Part shown: positions 40,715 to 51,305 of the stretch, piece by piece
Layout of the letters: each line of letters starts with the position of its first letter
Position numbering within the stretch: the first letter of the stretch is position 1
Assembly (NCBI GenBank): GCA_963825135.1
Contig: CAWGRW010000009.1
Location: 2,688,001-2,752,000, forward strand
DNA length: 64,000 nt
Reading direction: 5' to 3'
Source: an uncultured bacterium
Lineage (GTDB): Bacteria; Desulfobacterota_D; UBA1144; Nemesobacterales; UBA2774
Notes under the pieces: generated by a model
Told to the model about the DNA's origin: nothing
Databases searched by the model: none
Seen by the model: only the letters and a program-made list of their open reading frames with translations
Translations under genes and position numbers: made by a program

Positions 40715-42400
40715 GTGCATATAAGTAAAATATACGGAAAGACGTCAGGACTCACGAGAAGTGAAACAGGCAGCCTTGAAAGGCTTTACAGAAGGAAAAT
40801 CCCACCGAAAGAAATAATAACACTGGAACTTGCCAGGACCCTCACCAGGCTCACGCACGAGATGAGGAGGGGTATCTCCGTCCTCATAGACAGGAAGGGG
40901 AAGGTCTCCGCCGTATTCCTCGGTGACTCCCACGAGCTTCCGTACGACGAGGTGCTGGGGCGATCGAGGGAGGCCAAATACAGGCTCAGGGGCTCAAGGC
41001 TCGTCCACACGCACCACAAGAATTCCGCTTTGAGCGAGCACGACCTCGTGACGCTCGTAAACGAAAGGCTCGACCTGATGGGGCTTCTCGAAGTGAGGCC
41101 CGACGGCGACCCGGGCGCGTTCCATCTCGCGCACGTGCTCCCGCCGAATAACGACGGAAAGAAATGGCGGGTGGAGGAGTACCGGGACCTCGGACAGGTG
41201 GACCTCAACTGCGACGAGCTCATAAGCGGCGTCGAGCAGAGCCTCGAAAAGTCGTATCACGAGCACGGGGGCGCGAAGGACCTCGAAGGGGTGCTCCTCG
41301 TGGGGTACTCGAAGAAATACCGCGCGGAGGCCGAGGAATCGCTCGAAGAACTGAAATCGCTCGCCAAATCGGCCAACAAGGCCGTGCTCGGCACGATCGT
41401 ACAGATAAGAAGGGAGACCGACCCCAGATACCTGATCGGAAAGGGAAAGCTGCAGGAGGCGGTACTCGCGGCGAAGCAGGTCGGCGCAGAGAAGATCATA
41501 TTCGACGTCGAGCTTACGCCCACGCAGGTAAAGTCGATATCGGACGAGACTAACCTCACGGTCATGGACAGGACCCAGCTCATTCTCGAGATATTCGCGA
41601 GGCACGCGGCCACCGCCGAGGGGAAGCTGCAGGTGAAGCTCGCCCAATTCAAATACAACCTGCCCCGCCTGGTCGGGCGCGGCATAGAGCTCTCGCAGCT
41701 CGGAGGCGGCATCGGGACGAGGGGCCCCGGCGAGAAGAAGCTGGAAGAGGAGAGGAGAAGGATCAGAAAGCAGATAGACAACCTCGAGAAAGAGATCACG
41801 CAGCTAAGCAAGAGGCGGGAGAGGACGCGCGAGAAGAGAAAGGAGACGGGGATACCGACCGTCACGTTCATAGGCTATACGAACGTCGGAAAATCTACCC
41901 TCTTCAACGCGCTCACCAACAGCGGGGTAATCGTCGAGAACAAGCTGTTCTCGACGCTAGTGCCGACTACCAGAAAGATAATGCTCCCCGGAGGGAGGGA
42001 GATACTCATTACCGACACTGTGGGGTTCATAAGCGACCTCCCGAAAGAGCTCGTCAACGCATTCAGGGCGACGCTCGAAGAGCTCGGGGGCTCGTCGCTC
42101 CTGCTGCACGTGGCGGACGCGAGCGACCCGATGGTGGACGAGAGGATAGAGTCCGTCAACAAAATACTCTCCCAGACGGGCTACGATGCGATATCTCGGA
42201 TGATAGTGCTCAACAAGGCCGACAAGACGCCCCCCGACGCGGCCAGGAGGCTTGGCAGGGTTTACGCCGCCCCGCTCATTTCGGCGCGGCAAAAGGACGC
42301 CATACCGGAGATGCTGGGGCTTATCGAGGACAGGATATTCGGGACGAGCCCCGAAGACGAGGCGCGGGGACAGATGGCGTGGGGCCTCAATACCGCATAA
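40715..42400 (+). CDS. hflX: GTPase HflX (long form)
   Basis: DRTQLILEIFA, GIGTRGPGE, GYTNVGKSTL, DTVGFI, NKAD. Confidence 0.95.
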   Translation: MHISKIYGKTSGLTRSETGSLERLYRRKIPPKEIITLELARTLTRLTHEMRRGISVLIDRKGKVSAVFLGDSHELPYDEVLGRSREAKYRLRGSRLVHTHHKNSALSEHDLVTLVNERLDLMGLLEVRPDGDPGAFHLAHVLPPNNDGKKWRVEEYRDLGQVDLNCDELISGVEQSLEKSYHEHGGAKDLEGVLLVGYSKKYRAEAEESLEELKSLAKSANKAVLGTIVQIRRETDPRYLIGKGKLQEAVLAAKQVGAEKIIFDVELTPTQVKSISDETNLTVMDRTQLILEIFARHAATAEGKLQVKLAQFKYNLPRLVGRGIELSQLGGGIGTRGPGEKKLEEERRRIRKQIDNLEKEITQLSKRRERTREKRKETGIPTVTFIGYTNVGKSTLFNALTNSGVIVENKLFSTLVPTTRKIMLPGGREILITDTVGFISDLPKELVNAFRATLEELGGSSLLLHVADASDPMVDERIESVNKILSQTGYDAISRMIVLNKADKTPPDAARRLGRVYAAPLISARQKDAIPEMLGLIEDRIFGTSPEDEARGQMAWGLNTA

Positions 42401-42431
42401 AAAAAAGCGGCGGCTCCTGGCAGCCGCCGCT
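42399..42431 (-). terminator. Rho-independent terminator between hflX and the MaoC gene
   Basis: GCGGCGGCT-cctggc-AGCCGCCGC stem with a T8 run on the minus strand. Confidence 0.7.
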
Positions 42432-42469
42432 CATTCACTCATCATTCATCAAAGCAAGCTAAGGCAGTA

Positions 42470-43384
42470 CTAGACCTCTACTTCCGCCGTTCCGCCCTTT
42501 ATCACTTTAACGTTGTCGCTCTTTCTGGTTACGTCGAAACCGAGGATTACGTGCCCGTTCTCCCTGCCCTTCTCCCATCCGTCGACTATTATCGTGTCGC
42601 CCGGATAGACCGGAGCGGTAAACCGGACTCCGAGGGATTTCAGCTTCGACGGGTCGCTGTCCAGATAACTTTCTATTATCGCCCTCATCGTCATGGACAT
42701 CGTGCAGAGGCCGTGGACTATTATGCCGCTCAGACCGGCATCTTTGGCCACCTTCTCGTCTATGTGTATGGGGTTCATGTCGTTAGACGCCTTGGAATAT
42801 CTGTACGTTATGTCGGACGGAATCCGTATTATGTCCCTGAACGCAATCGGCGGCTCTGCGGGGGCTTCTTTTTTGGGCTGTCCGTTGGAGGGGGCCGTTT
42901 TCGGCTTCTCGCCGCTGCCGATACCCCTTATGAAGAGACCCCAGTCGGACTCGACCACCTTCTCGCACTTGCCGTTCGTCGTGAGCACGTTTATCTTGAG
43001 GAGCTCGCCCGAGCCCTTGTCCTCTATGTCCACGATCTTCGTCCTGAACGTGAGCTTATCTCCGGGCCTTATGGGCCTGTAGAATTTCATCGACTGGTCG
43101 CCGTGCACGAGCATGAGCACGTTCTTCTTCGCCTCCTCAACGCCCCCGTGGAGCTCGGGGTCGCTCCATACCCGCTCCAGTATGGGGAGCTCGTACGTTA
43201 CGGCGTAGCTCGGCGGCGCCATGCCGGCCGGGCTTTCGTGGCTGAAGTTAAACGCCCCGTTATAGTTGAAATAACTGAGGTTCCTCGCCCCTATCGCCCA
43301 CGCGTAGTCTATCACTTCCTCGGTGCTTACTACGTGCATCGACGGCTCGTATTCTTTTCCTATGAAGCTCTTGTTCAGTCCCAT
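42470..43384 (-). CDS. MaoC-family double hot-dog dehydratase
   Basis: LVHGDQ..F.RP, Y...S.D.NPIH.D, IVHGLC, RFTAPVYPGDT. Confidence 0.9.
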   Translation of the reverse strand: MGLNKSFIGKEYEPSMHVVSTEEVIDYAWAIGARNLSYFNYNGAFNFSHESPAGMAPPSYAVTYELPILERVWSDPELHGGVEEAKKNVLMLVHGDQSMKFYRPIRPGDKLTFRTKIVDIEDKGSGELLKINVLTTNGKCEKVVESDWGLFIRGIGSGEKPKTAPSNGQPKKEAPAEPPIAFRDIIRIPSDITYRYSKASNDMNPIHIDEKVAKDAGLSGIIVHGLCTMSMTMRAIIESYLDSDPSKLKSLGVRFTAPVYPGDTIIVDGWEKGRENGHVILGFDVTRKSDNVKVIKGGTAEVEV

Positions 43385-43775
43385 GATTCGTCTCCTTTCT
43401 CTATGTGTTTAACCTTCCTCAGGCCGCATAGTATATTTCGCTGTTTTATAACACTCTTTACCGCGTTAGCTTACAATATTGCGTTGTGTGAAGAAGTTCG
43501 GAAGAACTGATATGTAGAAATAGGCCGGTATTGCGGGGAACCGATAAACCGCCTGCAATTATTGTCTTATCCCCAAACCCCCGATAAGCGCTCCGTTGAG
43601 GCACGTTCATTCTAGATATATAAATTAATCAGAAAAAGGGGTTCTTGTCAAGAGGTTTATTCGCAACTGCAAATACTTTTTGGGGCGTTTTAGACGCGGA
43701 TGCGAGGGGGCAAACGCCGGCCGACCGACAATGCGATTGATGCCCCCGGTAAATGCCCGGCACGACTGTCGGCTT

Positions 43776-43810
43776 TCAATTGGCCTATCTCCTTCTTAAT
43801 ATTCAATTAC
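43776..43810. promoter_or_regulatory. 35-nt block identical upstream of two IPTL-CTERM paralogs (copy at 44511-44545)
   Basis: TCAATTGGCCTATCTCCTTCTTAATATTCAATTAC is exact in both copies, upstream of TTG(T/C)AC...TGTTAT(C/A)AT promoter-like motifs. Confidence 0.6.
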
Positions 43811-43906
43811 TGAGTGTAAATATCATTTGTACTACGAAGCCTACAGGTGTTATCATCGTACCAGTTTATATACGCACACAGCAAACTTATTAAAGGGGGA
43901 TCGAGT

Positions 43907-44356
43907 ATGAAAACTTTTAGTTTTCTTATATTATTAACAGTTCTGTTTGTCGCTGATTATGCCCTGGCGCAAAGCTGCCCTTGCGATACCCTGGAATTGG
44001 CAAACGGGACCACCGGAAACGATATCATTGAGATTCTTTGCCCAGGCGGTAGTCCCGGCGAAGGCACCGTTTACACAGTAAACTCGGATTCAGCCGGAGT
44101 TGTATCAGAAAGTTTTTCTTATGCTGCGGCACTTAACGAAGCGGTATGTGAAATCGGTGAAGCCAAAGTGCAGAGTGATTTTTTGCCGCTTACCGACCAG
44201 GAATTTGAGAGTTGCAAGGCACGTTTGGCCGCGGCCTGCGGCCCGGTCAGGAACCCTATTCCCACACTCGGCGAATGGGGCATGATAGCGATGGCGGGGG
44301 TCCTGGGGATAATCGGGTTGATCGTTACCGCGCGCAGAAGGAAAGCAGCAGCGTAA
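43907..44356 (+). CDS. IPTL-CTERM protein, CPCDT family paralog 1
   Basis: Signal peptide; CPCDT.L.NG..GND...LCP; IPTLGEWG-TM-RRRKAAA. Confidence 0.88.
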   Translation: MKTFSFLILLTVLFVADYALAQSCPCDTLELANGTTGNDIIEILCPGGSPGEGTVYTVNSDSAGVVSESFSYAAALNEAVCEIGEAKVQSDFLPLTDQEFESCKARLAAACGPVRNPIPTLGEWGMIAMAGVLGIIGLIVTARRRKAAA

Positions 44357-44397
44357 ACAAAGGATTTAAGTTTAAAAAAAAGCGTAAACAACGTAAA

Positions 44398-44426
44398 CAA
44401 GAGGGAGCCGAAGCTCCCTTTTGTTT
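44398..44426 (+). terminator. Rho-independent terminator
   Basis: AGGGAGC-cgaa-GCTCCCT followed by TTTGTTT. Confidence 0.7.
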
Positions 44427-44642
44427 CGTGAATCTCGCCCTTAATATACATTTCCCTGCCCTCAGGCGTCAGTTTACAACCCGGTAAAGACTCAGCGCGA
44501 TTGTCAGTTGTCAATTGGCCTATCTCCTTCTTAATATTCAATTACAAAGTGGTGAAATGTCATTTGCACTACAAACCTGCAGGTGTTATAATCGTATGAA
44601 TTAGTATGCGCGCCTTGCAAACCACTAAATGGAGGATCGAAT

Positions 44643-45095
44643 ATGAAAGGTTTTAGCTTTCTTATATTATTAACAATCCTGGTCGTATCCGATTATGCCC
44701 TGGCGGGAAACTGCCCGTGTGATACCGAACAATTGTCAAACGGGCTCACCGGCAACGACATCGTACATATAGACTGCCCCGACGGTCAAATCGCCGAAGG
44801 CAATATCTGGGTATTAAATCCAGGTGTGGTTGCGATTGGCGGTGAATTTACATATCAGGTACTGTCAACCGACCCTCCGATATGTGAAATCACCGACTTT
44901 ATTAATCCTCCTGTTGACGTGAAGCTTACCGATGAGCAGCTTGAGGGATGCAGAGCGCGTCTGATACAAGGATGCAAACTAATCCTGGAGACCACAATCC
45001 CCACACTCAACGAATGGGGCATGATGGCGATGGCGGGGGCTTTGGGGATAATCGGAATGGTTGTCGCTTCGCGCAGGAGAAAAGCGGCAGCGTAA
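44643..45095 (+). CDS. IPTL-CTERM protein, CPCDT family paralog 2
   Basis: Signal peptide; CPCDT; IPTLNEWG-TM-RRRKAAA. Confidence 0.88.
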   Translation: MKGFSFLILLTILVVSDYALAGNCPCDTEQLSNGLTGNDIVHIDCPDGQIAEGNIWVLNPGVVAIGGEFTYQVLSTDPPICEITDFINPPVDVKLTDEQLEGCRARLIQGCKLILETTIPTLNEWGMMAMAGALGIIGMVVASRRRKAAA

Positions 45096-45128
45096 ACGAG
45101 GGATTTAAGCTTAACAATAATTGCAAAC

Positions 45129-45159
45129 AAAAAAGGGAGCCGAGGCTCCCTTTTTTTTT
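45129..45159. terminator. Bidirectional terminator between convergent IPTL-CTERM genes
   Basis: A-run, GGGAGC-cgag-GCTCCC, T9. Confidence 0.8.
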
Positions 45160-45178
45160 ACGTTATTTGTGAGCTTTT

Positions 45179-45658
45179 TTAAGCAGACGCTTTTCTCCTG
45201 CGCGCGGCGGCGTAGAGTCCGATCATGCCCAGGACCACTACCATCGCTATACCACCCCACTCCGAAAGCGTGGGGACGTTAGTGACTGAGTGCAGGTTAC
45301 ATCTCCGGATCAATCCTTCCCTGCAAATTTCGTATTCTTCGTCACTGAGCTTAAATCCTTCTTCACCTATTGACTCTTCAAATATTGAACATACAAGATC
45401 ACTGCCGTCGAAAGATACGGAATAACCCAGCTCCAGTTTTTCACCCGAAGGCCTGACAATTTCAACTTCATCCGGAATCAATATTGAATCGTTACCCGCC
45501 GCGAGATCTCCGCCGGGACACAGAATATCGACGATTTCGTTGCCGCTATTACCATTCGGCAATTCGGCGGTATCGCACGGACAAGAAGATATTTGTCCGA
45601 ATGCGTATGGAGCTACGAATAATACTGTTAATAACACAAGCAGGTTAATGCTTTTCAT
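45179..45658 (-). CDS. IPTL-CTERM protein, CPCDT family paralog 3
   Basis: AAAGGAGG RBS; CPCDT; VPTLSEWG-TM-RRRKASA. Confidence 0.88.
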   Translation of the reverse strand: MKSINLLVLLTVLFVAPYAFGQISSCPCDTAELPNGNSGNEIVDILCPGGDLAAGNDSILIPDEVEIVRPSGEKLELGYSVSFDGSDLVCSIFEESIGEEGFKLSDEEYEICREGLIRRCNLHSVTNVPTLSEWGGIAMVVVLGMIGLYAAARRRKASA

Positions 45659-45912
45659 CTCAATCCCTCCTTTGATGAGTTTAGTATGCAATCAATAAAT
45701 TAGAGTGATTATAGCATTTCCAGGTTCGCGGTACAAGAGACGTGTTCCCGCCGAATTACTAAGGATATACAGGCATGTAACCCGTTCATACTTTGACCGG
45801 CTCAGGACGAACGGGCGGCGAGTCGCCGCAGACAATCGAAATTGCCGCAAATGTCGGATTGCGCCGAAGGGATTCGGAAGGATCGTATACGAGCGCAGGT
45901 TCTGCGCCTGGC

Positions 45913-46905
45913 CTAGAAGAGCGTCACGACGCCGAGCGCCGTGCCGAAGACGCCTAAAGGCGCCAGGTCATCGAGCGTGTCTATGCTCTTGTCCACCTTC
46001 AGCAGCGTGTCCTGGGCGTCCCTGTAGAGCTTATCGTCGTTCACGAGCTGACCGAGCGTGCCCTTGCCGGAATTCACCTTCTCCAGTATCTGGTTCAGGT
46101 TCGTGGCCGCGCCCGTGGCCTCGTTATAGAGCGTGGCGTCGTTAAGGAGCTTGCCGATCGTGCCGTTCGGGTTGTTGAGCTTCTCGGACACGTTACCCAG
46201 GCCCGAAAGAGCGGTCTTGGCGTCCGCATAGAGCGTGTCGTCGGTCAGGAGCTTCCCGAGCGTGCCCTTGCCGGCCCTGAGGGAAGAGGTTATCTCGTTC
46301 ACGTTCGAGAAAACGCCCTTCGCGTCCGTGTAGAGGGCGTCGTCCTTGAGGAGCTTTCCGAACGTCCCTTCGCCGTTCTCGAGACCCTTGAGGACGGCAT
46401 CGAGGTTGTTCACAATGCTCGTGAGCTGTTCTTTATTGTCGCCCAGCACGTCGAAAGCGCCGAGCGCGGACTGAATCGAGCCCACGGCGGAGTCCACCTT
46501 TACCAGTATGTCGTTTATGTCCGCGGGCTCTTCGCTCGGAAGAATTGAACCCGGCGGCGCCACGGGGCTCTCCGGGCTTCCGAAAGACAGGTTGATGTAG
46601 CTCGTCCCGAGGAGGCTCGTGAGCCTGATCGTCGCGACGGAGTCCGTCTTTACGCCGCTGTCTTTAATCACGGTCATTTCGACCTCGATCTTCCTGTCGG
46701 CGAGCCTGATTTTCGAGATCTTCCCGACCGCGAACCCCTCGAGCTTCACGGGGTTGCCCACCCGGAGCTCGTCGATCGACTGAAAATACGTCCTGAGCTT
46801 GTAATCGCTCCCGAAGAACGGCAGGTCCCCTACGAAATCGAAGACGGCGAGCAGTATCAGGAGGCCGACCACGAAGAATATTCCCACTTTCACGTGCTTG
46901 TTCAT
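45913..46905 (-). CDS. mlaD: MlaD/MCE family protein with helical extension
   Basis: KVGIFF TM, L.VGNPV...G..VG.I, LLG..YI; GTLGKLL.DD.LY repeats. Confidence 0.88.
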   Translation of the reverse strand: MNKHVKVGIFFVVGLLILLAVFDFVGDLPFFGSDYKLRTYFQSIDELRVGNPVKLEGFAVGKISKIRLADRKIEVEMTVIKDSGVKTDSVATIRLTSLLGTSYINLSFGSPESPVAPPGSILPSEEPADINDILVKVDSAVGSIQSALGAFDVLGDNKEQLTSIVNNLDAVLKGLENGEGTFGKLLKDDALYTDAKGVFSNVNEITSSLRAGKGTLGKLLTDDTLYADAKTALSGLGNVSEKLNNPNGTIGKLLNDATLYNEATGAATNLNQILEKVNSGKGTLGQLVNDDKLYRDAQDTLLKVDKSIDTLDDLAPLGVFGTALGVVTLF

Positions 46906-46911
46906 GTGCCT

Positions 46912-47745
46912 CTACCTCCTCGCCTGCTCGAACTGGGGTGTGATGAATTCCCGGACGGCGTTGTCCTTGCAGCACCTTATATCATCCGGGGTTCCGTACT
47001 CTATAATCCTGCCCTCGCTGAGGATGGCTATCCTGTCGGCGACGTAGAAAGCGAGGTCTATGTCGTGCGTGACGACTATCTGGGTAATTTCGATCTTGTG
47101 TTTTAAGTCCCGGATGAGGTCCCCTATGGTGCGGGTCATCATCGGGTCGAGCCCGGAGGTGGGCTCGTCGAACAGTACGAGGTCGGGGTTCATTACGAGG
47201 GCGCGCGCCATGGCGACCCTCCTCTTCATCCCCCCCGATAGCATGGAGGGCATTATGCTCTCCTTCTCCTCGAGCCCGACTATCTCGAGCGCGCTCGACA
47301 CGAGCTGACTAATCCTCCCGTCGTCGAAGACCTTATGCTCCTTGAGATAGAGCGCCACGTTCTCCTCCACCGTGAGGGAGTTGAACAGCGCCGAGCTCTG
47401 AAACACCATGGATATTACGTGGTTCTTCTTGAAATCGGGGTCGTTGATGTCCTCGCCTGCGATGAGTATCCTGCCCGCGTCCGGTTTTTCGAGCCCTATT
47501 ATGTGGCGGAGCAGCACGCTCTTGCCCGTTCCGCTCTTCCCGAGTATGACGACCGTCTCTCCGGGGCGGACGTCGAGGTCGATCCCCCTGAGCACGCGGT
47601 TCTCTCCGAAGGACTTAGTGAGCCCCGAAATCGAGACCCCCACGCGCGCTGATTTGAGGTAGCCCAGGAGCACGTCGCCCGCCCTGCTCCCGTTCCCCGG
47701 CAGGCCGGAGTTATTCCTGTTTTCGACGCTTTCACGCATGTCCAT
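46912..47745 (-). CDS. mlaF: MlaF-like ABC transporter ATP-binding protein
   Basis: [39 protein letters not shown]. Confidence 0.9.
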   Translation of the reverse strand: MDMRESVENRNNSGLPGNGSRAGDVLLGYLKSARVGVSISGLTKSFGENRVLRGIDLDVRPGETVVILGKSGTGKSVLLRHIIGLEKPDAGRILIAGEDINDPDFKKNHVISMVFQSSALFNSLTVEENVALYLKEHKVFDDGRISQLVSSALEIVGLEEKESIMPSMLSGGMKRRVAMARALVMNPDLVLFDEPTSGLDPMMTRTIGDLIRDLKHKIEITQIVVTHDIDLAFYVADRIAILSEGRIIEYGTPDDIRCCKDNAVREFITPQFEQARR

Positions 47746-47749
47746 TAGT

Positions 47750-48517
47750 CTAATCCAATTTGAAAAATAATAAAATCCTCGTGGCGTAATAATCGAATAC
47801 GAGCACCAGCACGAACGAAAGCACCACGGCTTTCGTGACGGACGTCCCTATCTCCCTCGGCCCGCCCTTGGTCTTGAGCCCGACGTAGCAGCTTACGATG
47901 GATATGATTACGCCGAACAGCATCGCCTTGATGAGCCCGTTGCAGAAAGCCGTGAAATCCACCAGGTCGGCCAGGTTCCTGTAATAGACCCCGAACGAGA
48001 GGTGGACTTCGGGGTTTATGGTCGAAACTATCGCTCCGCCGAACCAGCCGATGACGTCCATGTATACGACGAGCACGGGGAGGGCGAGCACCATGGCGAT
48101 GAACCTCGGCATGACGAGGTATCTGACGGGGTTGATGTCCATGGTCCTGAGCGCGTCGATCTCCTCGTACACGCTCATGGACGCGAGCTCCGCCGCCATG
48201 GCCGAGCCTACCCTGCCGGCTATCAGTATCGACGCCATCACGGGGCCGAGCTCCTTGACGAGCGAGAGTCCGACGAGCCCGCCGACGTTTTCCTCTACCC
48301 CGAACCTCGCCAGCGTGGGGCCCGCCTGAAGGGCGAGCACGCCGCCCGAGAAGAGCGCGATCAGCGCCCCGACGGGGAGGGTCTGGTACCCGATCACGAG
48401 GAGCTGGTCCAGTATCTTGTCCGTGTTTTTAAACGCGGCCTTACACCAGTAGAGGGTCTCGAGCAGGAGACTGACGAGGCCGCCCGTTACCTTGAAGAAT
48501 GACATTACGCCGTTCAC
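47750..48517 (-). CDS. mlaE: MlaE-like ABC transporter permease
   Basis: ELGPV, AGRVGSAMAAEL, EEIDAL..M..NP..YLV.PR, TKGGP..IG..VT.AVV. Confidence 0.92.
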   Translation of the reverse strand: MNGVMSFFKVTGGLVSLLLETLYWCKAAFKNTDKILDQLLVIGYQTLPVGALIALFSGGVLALQAGPTLARFGVEENVGGLVGLSLVKELGPVMASILIAGRVGSAMAAELASMSVYEEIDALRTMDINPVRYLVMPRFIAMVLALPVLVVYMDVIGWFGGAIVSTINPEVHLSFGVYYRNLADLVDFTAFCNGLIKAMLFGVIISIVSCYVGLKTKGGPREIGTSVTKAVVLSFVLVLVFDYYATRILLFFKLD

Positions 48518-48521
48518 TGCG

Positions 48522-50016
48522 TTATCCTCCGCCGCTGCCGCCGGGTTCTTTCCCGGACTTCGTTTTAGAAATAGTAACCGGAATAAAGAGAATGCGCAGG
48601 GTCTTTTTTTCGGGCGTGAACTTGTAGCCCAACAGACCGCCCAGGAGATAGAATTTGGACCTGTTCTCGGACTTCTCGAACGATATCACGGGTATTATCG
48701 GTCTCAGCTCGAACCTGACACTGTCCTTCGTCCGCTCGGTCCTGATTGTATTCCAGAGTATGGAAGACTGCTGGTTCCCCTCGGCGTCCATGCGCCAATC
48801 GACAAAATGCCAGAACGGGGACCAGTTCCTCTCCCTCGGGGGGTTGTCGGAGAGGAAGGGCTCGAGGAGCGACAGGAAATGCATGGTCGATACGCCGTCG
48901 GGCGTAGTCCTGTAGCTGAAGAAAGGCCAGAAATGCACCGACTTGGCGCTCTTGCCGCGCTCGTTGAAGGGGGTATCGGTCGTGTCCTTCAAAATGAAGA
49001 GAGCGAAAGTCCTCTTCGTCCTCATGTAGTCCTTGAATAAGTATTTCTTGTATCCTAAAACGGGCCACATCAGAAACCCGGTTTCGTATTCGTCCTCGAG
49101 CCTCCGCGAGTAGAACGGGAAGACCCTGTTCGTATGCACGGAGCCCCTGGAGAATGTAACGATGGGCCAGGGGACGTCCCACCTCCTCACGTCCACGGTT
49201 CGTATCGTCGATTACGTTAAAGAAAGGCCAGAGGTAAGTCCTCTGTTTCCTGCCGGGCGCGTCCGTGCCGTAATAAAAGGGGAGCAGAGCAGTCGAGCTA
49301 AGCTTCTCGCCGTAGAAGTCCCTCTCCCTGTGCATGTATATCGGCCAGAGCGCGAACTCGTCCTCGAAATCCCCCTCCTTCTCCCTGTATCCGAATACCG
49401 GCCATAGCCTGCCGCCCCTTACTCCGCCCCCCGAGTACACCCCGACGAAGGGCCAGAGGAAGTTGTAGTTCGTAGCGCCCTCTTCCTTAGTCCGGAGGTA
49501 GAGAGGGAAGAGCGCGAAGCTTATCTCGTCCTTGCCGAACTTGTTCACGAGCTTCCCGTAAACGGGAAAGAGGGCGAAGTAGCTCTGTCCGGGCTCCTCG
49601 TATTTCCCGCCGAACAGGAACGGGAAGAGCATGTATTTATATTCCCTGAACCCGCTCGGCCGGAGGTCGGAGCTGTAATAGAAAAGGTATTCGAAGACCT
49701 GGAACTTGGTGTCCCCCTCGAAAGTGCGGTGCGTGAAGAAAGGGTAGAGGAAATCGAACGCCGTCCTGTCCTTGGCGTAATCGTGATAGTCGTAGAAGAG
49801 CGGACGGAAGCCGTATTCTTTCGTGTCCGGGGTCTTCTTGTACGATATAAAGGGGCCGAGCGCGTCGATTGACCTGGTGCCCGAAGCCTCGTCCCTGTCT
49901 ATGTACAGGAGCGGGCCCAGGTTGAGCACCTCCTCGGCCGCACCGGCGAGGGGCAGAAGGAGGTGCAATATGAGCGCGGCGATAGCGGCTATGGCTCTCG
50001 GGCTGGGCGGAGGCAT
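48522..50016 (-). CDS. Secreted aromatic-rich repeat protein (indel near 49196)
   Basis: Signal peptide; many L(F/W/Y)P(F/V/L)(Y/F) repeats across both ORF halves. Confidence 0.75.
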
Positions 50017-50127
50017 TCACTTAAATGTAACTCATCCCGTCTTAATATCTTAATTGGGGAATTGAATTGATGTTCATGATGAGGATGTTGATTCCCGGCC
50101 TTATCTGAATCCTGTATCTGCGAACCC

Positions 50128-51216
50128 TCACACGTACCTCCGGGGGACGCGCTTCCCCGTAATCGACAGCACCTCGTAGGATATAGTGCCGGCCCAGGAT
50201 GCTACGTCGTCCGCGGAAACGAGCGAGTCCCCGAACAATACGACCTCGTCCCCGACGGATACGCCCGGGACGTCGGTAACGTCTATCATGATGAGGTCCA
50301 TGCACACCGTCCCGACGACAGGGGCGAGCGCGCCCCTTATCGAGACCTTCGCGCGGTTAGAGAGCCTCCTCATGTATCCGTCGGCGTACCCGATCGGAAG
50401 AGTCGCTATGACGGACGGGCGCACGGTTATAAAAGTGCCGCCGTAGCTCACCGGCGTGCCCTCGGGGACCCTCCTCACCTGTATGACGACCGTCTTTAAC
50501 TTCATCACGGGCCTGAGAGAAAGCCCGCCCGCGCCGTCCGAGCCGTAGAGCATTATGCCGGGGCGGACGAGGTCCATGTGTGTCTCCGGGTATCGCCTGA
50601 GAGCGGCGCTGTTGGCAGCGTGTACGTAGCGGGGCATAAACCCCCTCCCCCGGATCATGCCGACCAGGCCCGAGAATTCGTCCAGCTGCGCGCGGGTAGC
50701 CTCCGGGGACTCGGAAAACGCGGAGGCAAGGTGCGTGAACGCGCCCTCCATGACTATATTCTTATACGCGGCGAGCTCCGTAAGGAACTGACCCGCCTCA
50801 TCGGGCCTTACCCCGAGCCTGGCCATGCCCGTGTCTATCTTCAGATGATAGGGGAGCTTCCTGCCGGCTTTCGCGGCTTGGGCGTCGAGTGCCCGGGCCG
50901 CATCGAGGGAAAAGAGGCACGGGGTCAGCGAATATTCCGCCGCGACGGGCGCCTCTTCGGGTCTCATCCCGCCCAGGAGGAGAATCGGTATCTCTATCCC
51001 GTAGTCCCGGAGCTCGACCGCCTCCTCCACCGTCGCCACGCCCAGCATGTCCGTCCCCGCCTCTTCGAGCGTCCTTCCGACCTCCACCGCGCCGTGCCCG
51101 TAGGCGTCGGCCTTTACGACGGAAAGCACCCCTACCCCCTCCCAGAGGAACCCTCTTGCCACGTTGAAATTATGAATTAAAGCGTCGAGATCGATCTCAG
51201 CCCAGGTAGGTCTCAT
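50128..51216 (-). CDS. alr: Alanine racemase
   Basis: VVKADAYGHG, HLKIDTGM.RLG, VRPGIMLYG, VSYG, GYADG, CMD. Confidence 0.97.
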   Translation of the reverse strand: MRPTWAEIDLDALIHNFNVARGFLWEGVGVLSVVKADAYGHGAVEVGRTLEEAGTDMLGVATVEEAVELRDYGIEIPILLLGGMRPEEAPVAAEYSLTPCLFSLDAARALDAQAAKAGRKLPYHLKIDTGMARLGVRPDEAGQFLTELAAYKNIVMEGAFTHLASAFSESPEATRAQLDEFSGLVGMIRGRGFMPRYVHAANSAALRRYPETHMDLVRPGIMLYGSDGAGGLSLRPVMKLKTVVIQVRRVPEGTPVSYGGTFITVRPSVIATLPIGYADGYMRRLSNRAKVSIRGALAPVVGTVCMDLIMIDVTDVPGVSVGDEVVLFGDSLVSADDVASWAGTISYEVLSITGKRVPRRYV

Positions 51217-51305
51217 GGATTCATGTAATTATCCGAATATTAAGAATGGGGTCAATAAATCAGGATACAGGATGCACGGTGCATCTGGTCTTTTTTTTAA
51301 TTCGT

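Noticed and set aside
43700..43760. c-di-GMP riboswitch (GGCAAAC motif)
   Set aside because: The GAAA tetraloop and GCAAAG/second-stem elements are missing
44119..44541. Minus-strand ORF using the AAGGAG inside the 35-nt conserved block
   Set aside because: The two copies give dissimilar products, and this one runs antisense through a terminator and a real gene
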